Made by a program: the position numbers and the translations under genes
Shown: piece by piece, positions 18,206 through 27,653 of the stretch
Position numbering within the stretch: position 1 is the stretch's first letter
Layout of the letters: every line of letters begins with the position of its first letter
The notes under the pieces: generated by a model
What the model was told of the DNA's origin: nothing
Seen by the model: only the letters and a program-made list of their open reading frames with translations
Databases searched by the model: none
Source of the DNA: Planctomycetota bacterium
Lineage (GTDB): Bacteria > Planctomycetota > UBA1135 > UBA2386
Assembly: GCA_965223545.1 (NCBI GenBank)
Contig: OZ245006.1
Span: 2,464,001-2,528,000, forward strand
Reading direction: 5' to 3'
Length of the DNA stretch: 64,000 nucleotides

Positions 18206-18312
18206 GGCTTGGCTGGCGACGGCCGCGCCATCGCCCCAGAAGCTGGGTCGATGGCGCGGCACCGATCGTCGCGGCATTCGGCCAGCAGCGCCAGCCGAAC
18301 CCGTCACGGGCT

Positions 18313-20196
18313 TCACTCACCGAAGATCAGGTCGCCGGCGGCCTTGCCAACGCACACTGCAGTGGTCACCTGACCGACGACGGGGATCAGCTTGCGACCG
18401 GCGGTCTTGCCGATCGTGCGCATGATCGCGCGCTTCGTGCCGAAGCTGCCGGTCTTCTTGTCGGCTCCGAGGCCACCGGCAGCGCAAGCCACCGAGGTGG
18501 TGACGAACTTCTTCGTCGCCTTCCAGGCCCGCTTGTACCACGGCTTCTTCTTCGGCTTCTCTGGGTCCTGCACGAGCGGAGGATCGATCGCGAAGGTGGT
18601 TCGCCGGATCGACGTTTGACCACCGAACAGCTCGACACTACCCGTGCTCAGCTGCTTGCCGCCCAGGTCCTGCACCGAACCAATCGCGGCAACCCGCAGC
18701 TCGAAGTTCTGCCCCAGCCCGTTGACCGCGGGGTAGCGCTCCTCGTAGTGGAAGTCCACGGCCGAGCCGTTGACGGTTTGCACCATGGAGAACACACCCT
18801 GCGCGCCCGGCTGCAGCGACAGGTAGGGGAAGGTGCCCACGGTGTGGTCGTAGCGCGTGGTCGTTCCGCTGCGCACCATTCCGCCGTCACCGATCTCGAA
18901 CTGCGAGTCCTCGACGATCTGTTCGATCTCCCCCGTGGCAGTCTGAGATCCGCCGGGGATCGGGAGGAGTGCGGGGAAGCTGCGCTGCAGCGTCGACGTC
19001 AAGCTGTAGCGTCCATCGCCGGTCTGCGTCGAGATCGTGGTGATGCTCGCCGCCTTGCGGCCCGCACCACCCCAGTCAGAACCAGAGCGGCTCTCGGTCG
19101 AACGGATCTGCGCTGGCCCGATGAACTCGGCTCTTCCGCTCCCAGCGACGTTGGCCGAGTAGGAGATTCCGGCGTGGGTCCAGTCGAACGAAGTGCTGAA
19201 GGCATGGGTCGACGCCAGCCCGTGGCGACCGTTGGTGTTGATGCTCATGTTGACGTCCAGCCCATACTGACCGCCAACGCTGCTGATCGCCCCTTGCGTG
19301 ACGAAGTCCTCTGCCGTCGCGCCCGCTGTCGTCGTGCGGGTGAACGTGGTCGTCAGCGCGCCCCTGAGGGTGATCGGCGCCCCGTTGATGACCACGCCGA
19401 ACGAGTGGTCGACGACGATCGTCGCCACGTCGCCGCTGACAAGGTAGCTGGTCACCTTCGGCGAGGTCGACTCCACGTCCAGCCACTGCTGGCCATCGAA
19501 CGGCGTGTTCAGCCCGGCGAAGATCTCGTTCACGATCGAGTCCTGGAAGAGGACGAGCTCGGAGTCGGACGGGATCGGCACGAGATTGGCAGCACCGGGG
19601 GTCGGCCCGTTGGAGGTCGCCCCACCCGAGATCGCCCACGCACTCTGCGCAGACCCGGCCGCGTAGTCAGCCCGACGGCCGATCGAGTCTCCCTCCTGAA
19701 ACGGGGCTCCGCCCGCATAGGAGAGATCGACGAACGGCTGGCCGGGTGCCGAACCGCTGCCCCAGTAGATCTGGTCGAGAGTGGCACCGTTGGCGGCGTG
19801 CAACCGCACGCCGCCGCTGGCGACACCGAGGTGATCGCCGAAAGCGTGGCCCGTCGTGACGGCGTACGGGCCGAGCGAAGGGTCGCGGTTCTCGAGCTCC
19901 AACTCCCGGGGCCCGAACAAGACCAAGAGGATCTCCCCATCCTCGAGGTTGTAGCCCGGCAGTCGGAAGAGCCGTGCTCCGTTGGCATCGCGTAGCTCCA
20001 TGTTGCGGGTATCGACCACGCCGCTGGCCGTCAACTCGACGTACTGCCAGACGTTCTCCGAACCAGCTGTGCCCGACGGGTCGAACATCACCTCGTTGAG
20101 GTGCAGTTGGGACGTGGGCTGGGGGGAAGCGCTGCCCTGTGCGAGCAGTGGAGCACTGAGGGCGGCGAGAAGAGCAGTGTTGTGAAGGGTGTTCAT
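18313..20196 (-). CDS. Secreted lamin-tail-domain-like protein with cationic C-terminal tail (paralog 2)
   Basis: Signal peptide ending LLAQ; LHLNEVMFDP...WQYVEL (LTD-like); Thr/Ser/Gly-rich beta region; tail WYKRAWKATKKF...C...KLIPVVGQV...C. Confidence 0.85.
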   Translation of the reverse strand: MNTLHNTALLAALSAPLLAQGSASPQPTSQLHLNEVMFDPSGTAGSENVWQYVELTASGVVDTRNMELRDANGARLFRLPGYNLEDGEILLVLFGPRELELENRDPSLGPYAVTTGHAFGDHLGVASGGVRLHAANGATLDQIYWGSGSAPGQPFVDLSYAGGAPFQEGDSIGRRADYAAGSAQSAWAISGGATSNGPTPGAANLVPIPSDSELVLFQDSIVNEIFAGLNTPFDGQQWLDVESTSPKVTSYLVSGDVATIVVDHSFGVVINGAPITLRGALTTTFTRTTTAGATAEDFVTQGAISSVGGQYGLDVNMSINTNGRHGLASTHAFSTSFDWTHAGISYSANVAGSGRAEFIGPAQIRSTESRSGSDWGGAGRKAASITTISTQTGDGRYSLTSTLQRSFPALLPIPGGSQTATGEIEQIVEDSQFEIGDGGMVRSGTTTRYDHTVGTFPYLSLQPGAQGVFSMVQTVNGSAVDFHYEERYPAVNGLGQNFELRVAAIGSVQDLGGKQLSTGSVELFGGQTSIRRTTFAIDPPLVQDPEKPKKKPWYKRAWKATKKFVTTSVACAAGGLGADKKTGSFGTKRAIMRTIGKTAGRKLIPVVGQVTTAVCVGKAAGDLIFGE

Positions 20197-20262
20197 CGTT
20201 CTCTTTGCAGTTGAGGTTGTTGGAAAGGGGATTGGGTTGGGGAAGGTCCGGTTGGCTCTTGC

Positions 20263-22149
20263 TCACTCTCCGACGATTGCGTCACCGGCGGCCTGCAAGA
20301 CACACAGCGCGGTGGTGACCTGGCCGACGACGGGGATCAGCTTGGTACCGAGCTTCTTGCCGGCGACCTTGACGATGGCAGCGCCACCGCGCTTGGTGCC
20401 GGCCGCAGCCTGTCCGGCGACGCCACCGCCGACGCACAGCAACGCGGTGCCAGCAAACTTCTTGGTGCCCTTCCAAGCGCGCTTCCACCACGAGGGCTTC
20501 TCCTCGGGCTTCTCTGGGTCCTGCGCCACCGGCGGGTCGATGGCGAAGGTCGACTGCCGCACCAGAGTGCTTCCAGCACGCAGTTCCGCCGATCCCAGCG
20601 TCAGCTCTTTGCCGTTCTGCTCGATGATCGAGCCGCGCACCTCGGCGGTGAGAACAAAGCTCTCGCCGACCCCGTTCAGGGCGGGATAGCTCTGCATGTA
20701 GACGAAGTCGACGCCGTTGCCGACGACCGTCTGCGTCATCGACAAGGTGCCGGTGGCGCCCGGCTGCAGAGTCAGGAAGACGAAGCTGCCGACGGTGTGG
20801 TCGTAGCGCGTGATGCTGCCCGACTCGAGCATGCCGCCATCGCCGAGCACGTAGGTCTGCTCCTGCACGATCTGCTCGAGCTCACCGCTCGGGGTCTGCG
20901 AGCCACCGGGCATCGGCGGCAGGCCCGGATAGCTGCGCTGTAGAGTCGAGCTCTGCCGATAGTTGCCGTCGCCCAAGCGAATCGACAGGATCGAGCTGGT
21001 CGCCGTCTTGGTGCCAGCCCCGCCCCAATCGCTGCCGGAGCGCTGCTCGGTCGTGCTGGTCTGCACGTCATCGAGATGGGTCACCGTGGCCGTGCCGGCG
21101 ACGTTGGCGGTGTAGTCGACGCCGTTTTGCGTCCAGGTGAAGGTCGTCTGCTGGCTGTCGGTGGCCTGCCGGCCATGGCGTCCCGCGGTCGTGCAATGGG
21201 CATCGATCGCCAGGCCGTACTGGCCTGCGCCATCGCCCAGGCTGCCGGTGACCACGAAGTCCTCGCCGGTCGCGCCCGGCGTCGTCGTCCGGGTGAAGGT
21301 CGTCGAGACCGAGCCGGACATCGTCACTGGCGCTCCGTTGATCACCAGGTCGAACGAGTGCAGCGCGACCAACTTGGCCACGTCACCGACGGCGCTGTAG
21401 CTGACGACGGTCGGACGCGTCATGACGACGTCGAGCCAGTGCTGGTTCTCGAAGTTGGCCGCGAGGCTGGTGAACACCTCGTTCAGCAGTGAGTCCTGGT
21501 AGAGCACCAGATCCTCCTCGAACGGCAGCGCGACGACGTTCGGCAGACCCAAGCTCGGCCCATTTGCGGTCAAACCGCCGGAGATCGCCCAGCTGCTGCC
21601 GGCCGAACCGGGCGCGTAGTCGGCACGGCGGCCGATCGAGTCGCCCTCCGCGAACGGCGCGCCACCGGCGTAGCTGAGGTCGACGAACGGCTGGCCGACG
21701 GCGCCGTTCGAGCCCCAGTAGACTTGGTCGAGCATCGCGCCGCTGCCGTCCCGCAGCCGGACGCCGCCCTCTTCGACGCCGAGGTACGCGCCGAACCCAC
21801 TCCCCGCGGTCACTGCGTAGGGACCGTCTTCGGGATCGGAGTTCTCCAGCGTGCGCTCCTTTTCACCGAGCAGCACCACCATGAACTCGCCCGGCTGCAG
21901 GGTGTGCGTCGGCAACCGCACGAGCCGCCGACCGCGATGATCTTCGAGTGTCATGCCCGATGTGCTCACCGTGCGGGAGGCGACCAGCTCGACGTACTGC
22001 CAGACGTTGTCCGAGCCTGCGCGACCGGTCGGGTCGAACATCACTTCGTTGAGGTGAAGGTCGGCGACCGGCGTCGGCGACTTGGGGCCCTGCGCGAACA
22101 CTGGCGCGGACAGGGCAAGAGCGAGAGCGGTGATTGGTGTGGTCTTCAT
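20263..22149 (-). CDS. Secreted lamin-tail-domain-like protein with cationic C-terminal tail (paralog 1)
   Basis: Start MKTTPITALALALSAPVFAQ at 22149 gives 628 aa, colinear with the 627-aa neighbour over its full length. Confidence 0.85.
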   Translation of the reverse strand: MKTTPITALALALSAPVFAQGPKSPTPVADLHLNEVMFDPTGRAGSDNVWQYVELVASRTVSTSGMTLEDHRGRRLVRLPTHTLQPGEFMVVLLGEKERTLENSDPEDGPYAVTAGSGFGAYLGVEEGGVRLRDGSGAMLDQVYWGSNGAVGQPFVDLSYAGGAPFAEGDSIGRRADYAPGSAGSSWAISGGLTANGPSLGLPNVVALPFEEDLVLYQDSLLNEVFTSLAANFENQHWLDVVMTRPTVVSYSAVGDVAKLVALHSFDLVINGAPVTMSGSVSTTFTRTTTPGATGEDFVVTGSLGDGAGQYGLAIDAHCTTAGRHGRQATDSQQTTFTWTQNGVDYTANVAGTATVTHLDDVQTSTTEQRSGSDWGGAGTKTATSSILSIRLGDGNYRQSSTLQRSYPGLPPMPGGSQTPSGELEQIVQEQTYVLGDGGMLESGSITRYDHTVGSFVFLTLQPGATGTLSMTQTVVGNGVDFVYMQSYPALNGVGESFVLTAEVRGSIIEQNGKELTLGSAELRAGSTLVRQSTFAIDPPVAQDPEKPEEKPSWWKRAWKGTKKFAGTALLCVGGGVAGQAAAGTKRGGAAIVKVAGKKLGTKLIPVVGQVTTALCVLQAAGDAIVGE

Positions 22150-22477
22150 CGGTACGGACCCGGGGCCTGGCCCCGAAACAGGGTTGTCGTGATTGCTGGC
22201 GACGCGCTCCAAGCACCGCCAGCGAGAGTTCTTCCGGTCGCGCGGCGCACGCTGCGCCGGCAACTCCGATCACTGGTGCATGGCGACGCACCGCGGCGCG
22301 ACCGGTCGTGCGCACCAAAAAAATCGATCGCGCGGCGACACCGGGCCTCGGCCGAGCGCGGCGCGCGCATTTTGTCGATCGGAACCGTCCGGGTCGCGCT
22401 CGATGCAGCGCCAGTTGCTGGCATGCGAGCGTGGGAGTCCGCGCTCAGACCATCAACCAACCAACAGTGAGATCATC

Positions 22478-22795
22478 ATGCGTCGCTTGCTTCCCTTCCT
22501 GATCTGCGCCCTGGGATTCGCGCAGCTGTCGTCCGCTCAGTCGGTCACCACCAACTTGATCCCGACACCGCCCGGAGACCACAACGTCGTGTCCGGTTCC
22601 ATCGTCAACGTCAAGAACAACACCGAGGGCGATGTCACGATCAGCATTCCCTACGAGCCGGACATGACACTGGCGCCGGGCGAGTCGCACTCGTTCTCGG
22701 TGACGCCGAGCCCCGGCGGCTCGAGCCACGTGGACGGACCGGACGGAAAATGGCGGTTCACCGCCACGTCCAAGGCAGGCGCGCAGAAGCGCTAG
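22478..22795 (+). CDS. Small secreted beta-rich protein (105 aa)
   Basis: A/C-rich leader, Sec signal MRRLLPFLICALGFAQLSSAQ and a LAPGESHSFSV strand motif; divergent from the tandem pair. Confidence 0.7.
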   Translation: MRRLLPFLICALGFAQLSSAQSVTTNLIPTPPGDHNVVSGSIVNVKNNTEGDVTISIPYEPDMTLAPGESHSFSVTPSPGGSSHVDGPDGKWRFTATSKAGAQKR

Positions 22796-22840
22796 AGACA
22801 GACGCCGGTCCTCGAGCAGGGTCAGTCCACGGGCTCGGAG

Positions 22841-23143
22841 CTACCTGTCCGCGGAGAGACCCTGCACGAGGCCGAGATGCGTGACCGGCTCCTCCTCGGG
22901 GCCGGGCTCGACGGCGAGTAGGCTGCCGTCGGGAAACAGGTCGCGGGCCAGGAGCAGTGGCGCGGCGCGAGAGACGTGGACAGGAGGCTCGCCATCCGCC
23001 GCCGTGTCGGGCGGCACCGCCTTGATCGCCACCTTGCGCCCGAGGTCTGGGTCGTGGGCCAGGTAGACGACACCACCCCCTCCACGGCCGAGCTCACGCT
23101 CGACCGCGTAGTTTCCGTTTCCGCCTGGCAGTGCTTCTGACAT
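22841..23143 (-). pseudogene. Internally deleted Ser/Thr kinase remnant (100 aa)
   Basis: Kinase subdomains I-II (YAVERELGRGGGGVVYLAHDPDLGRKVAIK) with no HxD or DFG, followed directly by a FPDGSLLAV...PVTHLGLVQG-type C-terminus. Confidence 0.7.
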
Positions 23144-23230
23144 GGGCGGTTTCCGACGCTGGGCCCGGCGACAGCATGCGGCACCGACGGCAACGGCGCC
23201 ATGCCCGAACCGGCCGACGCCAGCAACGTC

Positions 23231-25303
23231 TCAGGCGCGAATGATCGGGGTGTCCTGGGCCGGAGCCACCGCACGATCCAACAACGCCACGTCGACGCGC
23301 GCATAGTGCTCGGCGAGCGCAGTGAGAGCCCGTGCCGCCGCATCGAGGCGCAGTCGTAGCTCGCGCAGCGGAAGATGCACTCCCATCAGTCGACGCGTCT
23401 CCTCGCGCAGGGCAACGGCACGCGCTTCCAGCTCGACTTCGCGCATGCGCGCGGCTTCGATCAGCTCGCCCAAAACCACTCCGCGGTAGGCCCGCATGAA
23501 CTCGTCCCGCAGCCGCAGACGCGTTTGGCCTGCGAATTCATCCAGATAGTCGGCCATCTGCTGCCGGAGAGCCATGCGCGCGGATTCGCCCAGCCGGCGC
23601 TGCTTGGTCGCCGCGTCCACGACGCGCGTCGGCGCATGCCGCGGACCGAACAGGGAATCGCGCACCGCCACTCCCCGCCGCAGCCGGGCTGCATCGCCGA
23701 CCGTGCGGCGCACATCGATCATCTCCGGTCGCAGCGGAGTCGGTGGCACGACGACAAGGGCAGCGCGATCGGTCCGCGCGTGGGCTGTGCGGCCAATCCC
23801 GTCGAGATCGATCTGCACGGCATCGAGGGCGGCGGCCACGGGCTCCGGTACCGACAACCCCGCCGCGCCCCGGACGACGCGTTCGCTGAGCTCACTGCTC
23901 ACCGCGCGCGTGAGCTCCTCTTGATACGTGACGAGCAACGGCATCAGCTCGCCCTTGACGAGCTCGTTGAAGCTCGAATCGCGGCGGAACCAATTGTCGA
24001 TCGCGTTCGAAGCGGCGCGGCGCACGCGAGCCTCGGCGTCGTCGGCGAGCTGATCGACCTGTGGAGCGAGCGCTTCGCGCAGCGTCCGGAAAGCCCGCCG
24101 CCATTCGTGCCGGTCGATTCGACGCAACGCCTCGTTGCGCGCCGCACAAGTTTCACGCGCCGCTTCCAGCTGTGCGATGCGGCGCCCGACCGCAGCCACC
24201 TCCGGTCGGTCGCACACGCTGGAGGCCGCTCCGATCAAACGCTGCGCCCGGCGCAGGCTGTCGCCCAAGAACGCGACAACCGAGGCGGTGCTCCCCAGGT
24301 ACTCGCGCAGCTCGCCGAAGAACGCCTCGAACCGGCGATCGTTGGCCGCATCCGTGGCCAGCCGGCCGCGGCGCCGTTTGATCCGCGTGCTGGCCGCGCG
24401 GAGCAAGTCGACGGCGTGGATCTGCAGCCGGCCGTCCGCCAGCGCGCGCTTGAGCGTCGCGCTCATCGCCAGCCCCTCGAACGCCTCGACGATGCGCTCG
24501 GGATCGCGCTGCTCGAGGCTCGGCCGCAGGTCACCGTCCGGGCCCAGGTCTTGCTTGGTGGCATCCAGATTGACCAACAGGAAGATGCGGCTGAACTGTG
24601 CCAGCAGGCGGTGGAAATCGGCGAAGACCTGCTCCAAGAACAACGTGTCGCTGCGCACGACGAACACCGCGCAGGCCGCGGCGTCACGGAAATCGCGCGT
24701 CATACGGTCGTAGCCGAACCGCATCCGGGTGTACAGGCCCGGCGTGTCGACCAGCATCGCCCGGGTGCGCGCCAGCTCGCCGGCTGGAATCCGCACATCG
24801 ATGCGCCGGATCGTGCCGCGACCGTCGCGTTCGGGGTCGAACGGTCTGCCCTCCGCTTCCGCCGTCGCAATGCGGTCGGCGAGGTCGCGGTGTGCGCCGC
24901 GCATCCTCTGGTCCAACTCGGCGACGTCGCGCAGCGTTTCGCTGCGGCCGTCGTAGTCGGTCAACACAAACTCGGCGCGTGGCGCATGCGAGACGAACAC
25001 CATGCACGGATACGCTGGCAGGCTGCCGACCTCGCTGACGTACTCGCCGGCAATGGCGTTCATCAACGTCGATTTGCCACTCTTGAGCGGCCCGAAGATC
25101 GCGACGTAGGTCTGCTGGCCAACGACCTTGTCGGCGAGGGTGACGAAGGAATCGCGCACCTCCTCCAGCCGGGCTCGCATCTTCGCACCGGCCGCGGAGG
25201 GTACCGTCTCGCCAATCGCTTCCGCCGCCCGTGTCAACGGCGCGGACAGCGGCCGCAGAGTACCGGCATATTCGTGGCAGAACCTGGCGAGGAGCGAGTG
25301 CAT
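23231..25303 (-). CDS. Bacterial dynamin-like GTPase
   Basis: G1 GPLKSGKSTLMN, G3 DTPG, G4-position LVNLD; long helical/coiled-coil C-terminal region. Confidence 0.8.
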   Translation of the reverse strand: MHSLLARFCHEYAGTLRPLSAPLTRAAEAIGETVPSAAGAKMRARLEEVRDSFVTLADKVVGQQTYVAIFGPLKSGKSTLMNAIAGEYVSEVGSLPAYPCMVFVSHAPRAEFVLTDYDGRSETLRDVAELDQRMRGAHRDLADRIATAEAEGRPFDPERDGRGTIRRIDVRIPAGELARTRAMLVDTPGLYTRMRFGYDRMTRDFRDAAACAVFVVRSDTLFLEQVFADFHRLLAQFSRIFLLVNLDATKQDLGPDGDLRPSLEQRDPERIVEAFEGLAMSATLKRALADGRLQIHAVDLLRAASTRIKRRRGRLATDAANDRRFEAFFGELREYLGSTASVVAFLGDSLRRAQRLIGAASSVCDRPEVAAVGRRIAQLEAARETCAARNEALRRIDRHEWRRAFRTLREALAPQVDQLADDAEARVRRAASNAIDNWFRRDSSFNELVKGELMPLLVTYQEELTRAVSSELSERVVRGAAGLSVPEPVAAALDAVQIDLDGIGRTAHARTDRAALVVVPPTPLRPEMIDVRRTVGDAARLRRGVAVRDSLFGPRHAPTRVVDAATKQRRLGESARMALRQQMADYLDEFAGQTRLRLRDEFMRAYRGVVLGELIEAARMREVELEARAVALREETRRLMGVHLPLRELRLRLDAAARALTALAEHYARVDVALLDRAVAPAQDTPIIRA

Positions 25304-25321
25304 CGGGGGCGAGGCGACGAG

Positions 25322-25327
25322 ATTATA
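25322..25327 (-). promoter_or_regulatory. Candidate sigma70 -10 box (TATAAT) for the dynamin-like gene
   Basis: Exact TATAAT on the minus strand, ending 18 bp before the ATG, in a GC-rich divergent intergenic region. Confidence 0.5.
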
Positions 25328-25386
25328 GGTCGCCGTCGGCCGCGCGCCGGGCAGCGCTCGGCACCCCTACCTCCACCGAGTCCGCC

Positions 25387-26790
25387 ATGTCGAGCCACGA
25401 CGAGTCCACCTTGCACACGCTGTTCGCACGGCGCGCCCTGCTGCCCACCGGCTGGGCGCGCGATGTCTCCGTTGGCATCGACGCCTTCGGCAACATCGCA
25501 CGGGTGGATTCAGCCGCTCCCGACGCGGGCGCGGAACGTGTGCGCGGCGCGCTGATCCCGGGGATTCCCGACCTGCACTGCCACGCGTTCCAACGCGCCA
25601 TGGCCGGCCGCGCCGAGCGGCGCGGACCGGCTGGCTGCGCCGATTCGTTCTGGACGTGGCGGCAATCGATGTACGAGCTGGCCGCGGAGCTGCGGCCCGA
25701 GAGCTGCGGCGCCATCGCCGCGCAGCTGTACGTCGAGCTCCTGTGTGCCGGGTTCACGAGCGTGTGTGAGTTTCACTACTTGCACCACCAACCCGACGGC
25801 CGCCCGTATCGCGATGTCGGCGAGATGTCGCTGCGCGTGGTCGACGCGGCGCAGCGCGCCGGCATACGGCTGACGCACTTGCCTGTGCTCTACGCCCGCG
25901 GCGGCTTCGACGACCGACCGCTGGCCGAGGCGCAGAAACGTTTTCGCACCGACCCCGATCAACTTGGCTCGATCCGCGCGGCAGTCGACCAGCACGCCGA
26001 GGAGGATCCGACGGTGCGCACCGGCCTCGCGTTGCATTCGTTGCGTGCGGTGGATCCGGCAATGCTGCGCGCGGCGGTCGCCACCACGACCGCCGCCGAC
26101 CGCCGGACGCCGATTCACATCCACGTCGCCGAGCAGCCTGCCGAAGTCGACGACTGCCTCGCCGCGACCGGCTTGCGCCCCGTGCAGTGGCTCCTGGAGC
26201 ACGCTCCGGTCGACCAGCACTGGTGCTTGGTCCACGCCACGCACGTCGACAAGGGAGAAGTCGCGGCGATGGCCCGCAGCGGAGCGACGGCCGGCCTGTG
26301 CCCGACGACGGAGGCCAATCTGGGCGACGGCGTCTTTCCGCTCGGGGCATGGCTCGGCGCGGACGGCGCCTTCGGGATCGGCAGCGACAGCAACGTCAGC
26401 CGCAGCGCGGCCGAGGAGCTGCGTTGGCTCGAGTACGGGCAGCGTCTGCACGAGGGGACCCGCAACCACGCCGCCCGCGCGCCGAACGCCTCCGTCGGCG
26501 CCGCTCTGGTGCGCGGCGCCCTGGCCGGCGGAGCCGCCGCCTCGGGCCAGCCGATCGGAGCCATTGCCCCCGGCCTCGCGGCCGACCTCGTCGTGCTGGA
26601 CGAGCATCACCTCGACGCTCTGGCTGCGGTCGACGACCCCGGCGATGCGTTGCTCGACGCCTGGGTGTTCGCCGCCGGGGACGCCATGGTGCGAGATGTC
26701 ATGGTCCAGGGACGGTGGGTGGTGACCGCGCGGCGGCATCGCGCCGGAGAAGAGATCGAACGCGACTACCGAGCGGTGCTGCGCTCGTGA
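25387..26790 (+). CDS. hutF: Formimidoylglutamate deiminase
   Basis: PDLHCHAFQRAMAG, DSFWTWR, EFHYLHH, HSLRAV, HIHVAEQ, LVHATH, CPTTEANLGDG, GSDSN, EELRWLEYGQRL. Confidence 0.92.
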   Translation: MSSHDESTLHTLFARRALLPTGWARDVSVGIDAFGNIARVDSAAPDAGAERVRGALIPGIPDLHCHAFQRAMAGRAERRGPAGCADSFWTWRQSMYELAAELRPESCGAIAAQLYVELLCAGFTSVCEFHYLHHQPDGRPYRDVGEMSLRVVDAAQRAGIRLTHLPVLYARGGFDDRPLAEAQKRFRTDPDQLGSIRAAVDQHAEEDPTVRTGLALHSLRAVDPAMLRAAVATTTAADRRTPIHIHVAEQPAEVDDCLAATGLRPVQWLLEHAPVDQHWCLVHATHVDKGEVAAMARSGATAGLCPTTEANLGDGVFPLGAWLGADGAFGIGSDSNVSRSAAEELRWLEYGQRLHEGTRNHAARAPNASVGAALVRGALAGGAAASGQPIGAIAPGLAADLVVLDEHHLDALAAVDDPGDALLDAWVFAAGDAMVRDVMVQGRWVVTARRHRAGEEIERDYRAVLRS

Positions 26791-27635
26791 CGCTGCGCGG
26801 CAAGCGACATCCGGTCCGCCGGTTGGTCAGCCTGACGCTCGCCACCGCCTCGCGCTCGGTCGATGCCACCCCGGTTGGCCGCTGGTGGCGCCGCCGGCTC
26901 GTGGCCGATCCACAGATTCACGAGGTCGACGTCACGATCCGCCGCGGCGGCTCGATCGAAGGCCTGCGGATCGCGTTCTTCTCCGACCTGCATGCCGGCC
27001 ATTTCCTCACGGGTGCCGAGATCCTCTCGATCGCGGAGCGCGTGGCCGCCTTGCAACCCGACCTCGTCTGCCTGGGCGGCGACCTGATCAACACGCGGAT
27101 CGGAGAGCTCGCGCATTGCACACCGCTTTGGGACGTGATCGCACCACCGCTGGGCGTCTACGCGGTACCCGGCAACCACGACCACTTCGGCCGGCGCTTC
27201 GGCCCGCGTTGGCGAGCCGCGCTGCGCGGATACGGCGTCCCAGTGCTGACCAACCGCGGCGTGCGCTTGCAATACCGCGGCGCGACGTTCTGGCTGTGCG
27301 GCATCGACGACATGACCGAAGGCGAGCCCGACCTCGACGCCGCCCTGGTGGGGCGCGGCGACGACGAGCCGACGATCCTGCTTTCGCACCACCCCGACGC
27401 CGTCGTCGATGCCGCCGAGCACGGCGTCGACCTTCAGCTGTCCGGACACACGCACGGCGGCCAGCTGCGCCTGTTCGGCTGGGCCCCGCTGAACCACTCG
27501 GAGCACGGCTTTCTCGCCGGGCTGTACCGGCACGGAATCAGCCAGCTCTACGTTGGCCGGGGTCTCGGAGTCACGGTCGTGCCGCTGCGCATCGGCGCCC
27601 GCCCGGAAGTCCCCATCCTGCGGCTGCGTGGCTGA
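26787..27635 (+). CDS. Calcineurin-like metallophosphoesterase (YkuE/YaeI-like)
   Basis: SDLH, GGD, GNHD, LSHHPD, SGHTHGGQ; GTGA overlap with hutF. Confidence 0.88.
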   Translation: MTLRGKRHPVRRLVSLTLATASRSVDATPVGRWWRRRLVADPQIHEVDVTIRRGGSIEGLRIAFFSDLHAGHFLTGAEILSIAERVAALQPDLVCLGGDLINTRIGELAHCTPLWDVIAPPLGVYAVPGNHDHFGRRFGPRWRAALRGYGVPVLTNRGVRLQYRGATFWLCGIDDMTEGEPDLDAALVGRGDDEPTILLSHHPDAVVDAAEHGVDLQLSGHTHGGQLRLFGWAPLNHSEHGFLAGLYRHGISQLYVGRGLGVTVVPLRIGARPEVPILRLRG

Positions 27636-27653
27636 GTGCGTCGGGTTGCCGCT

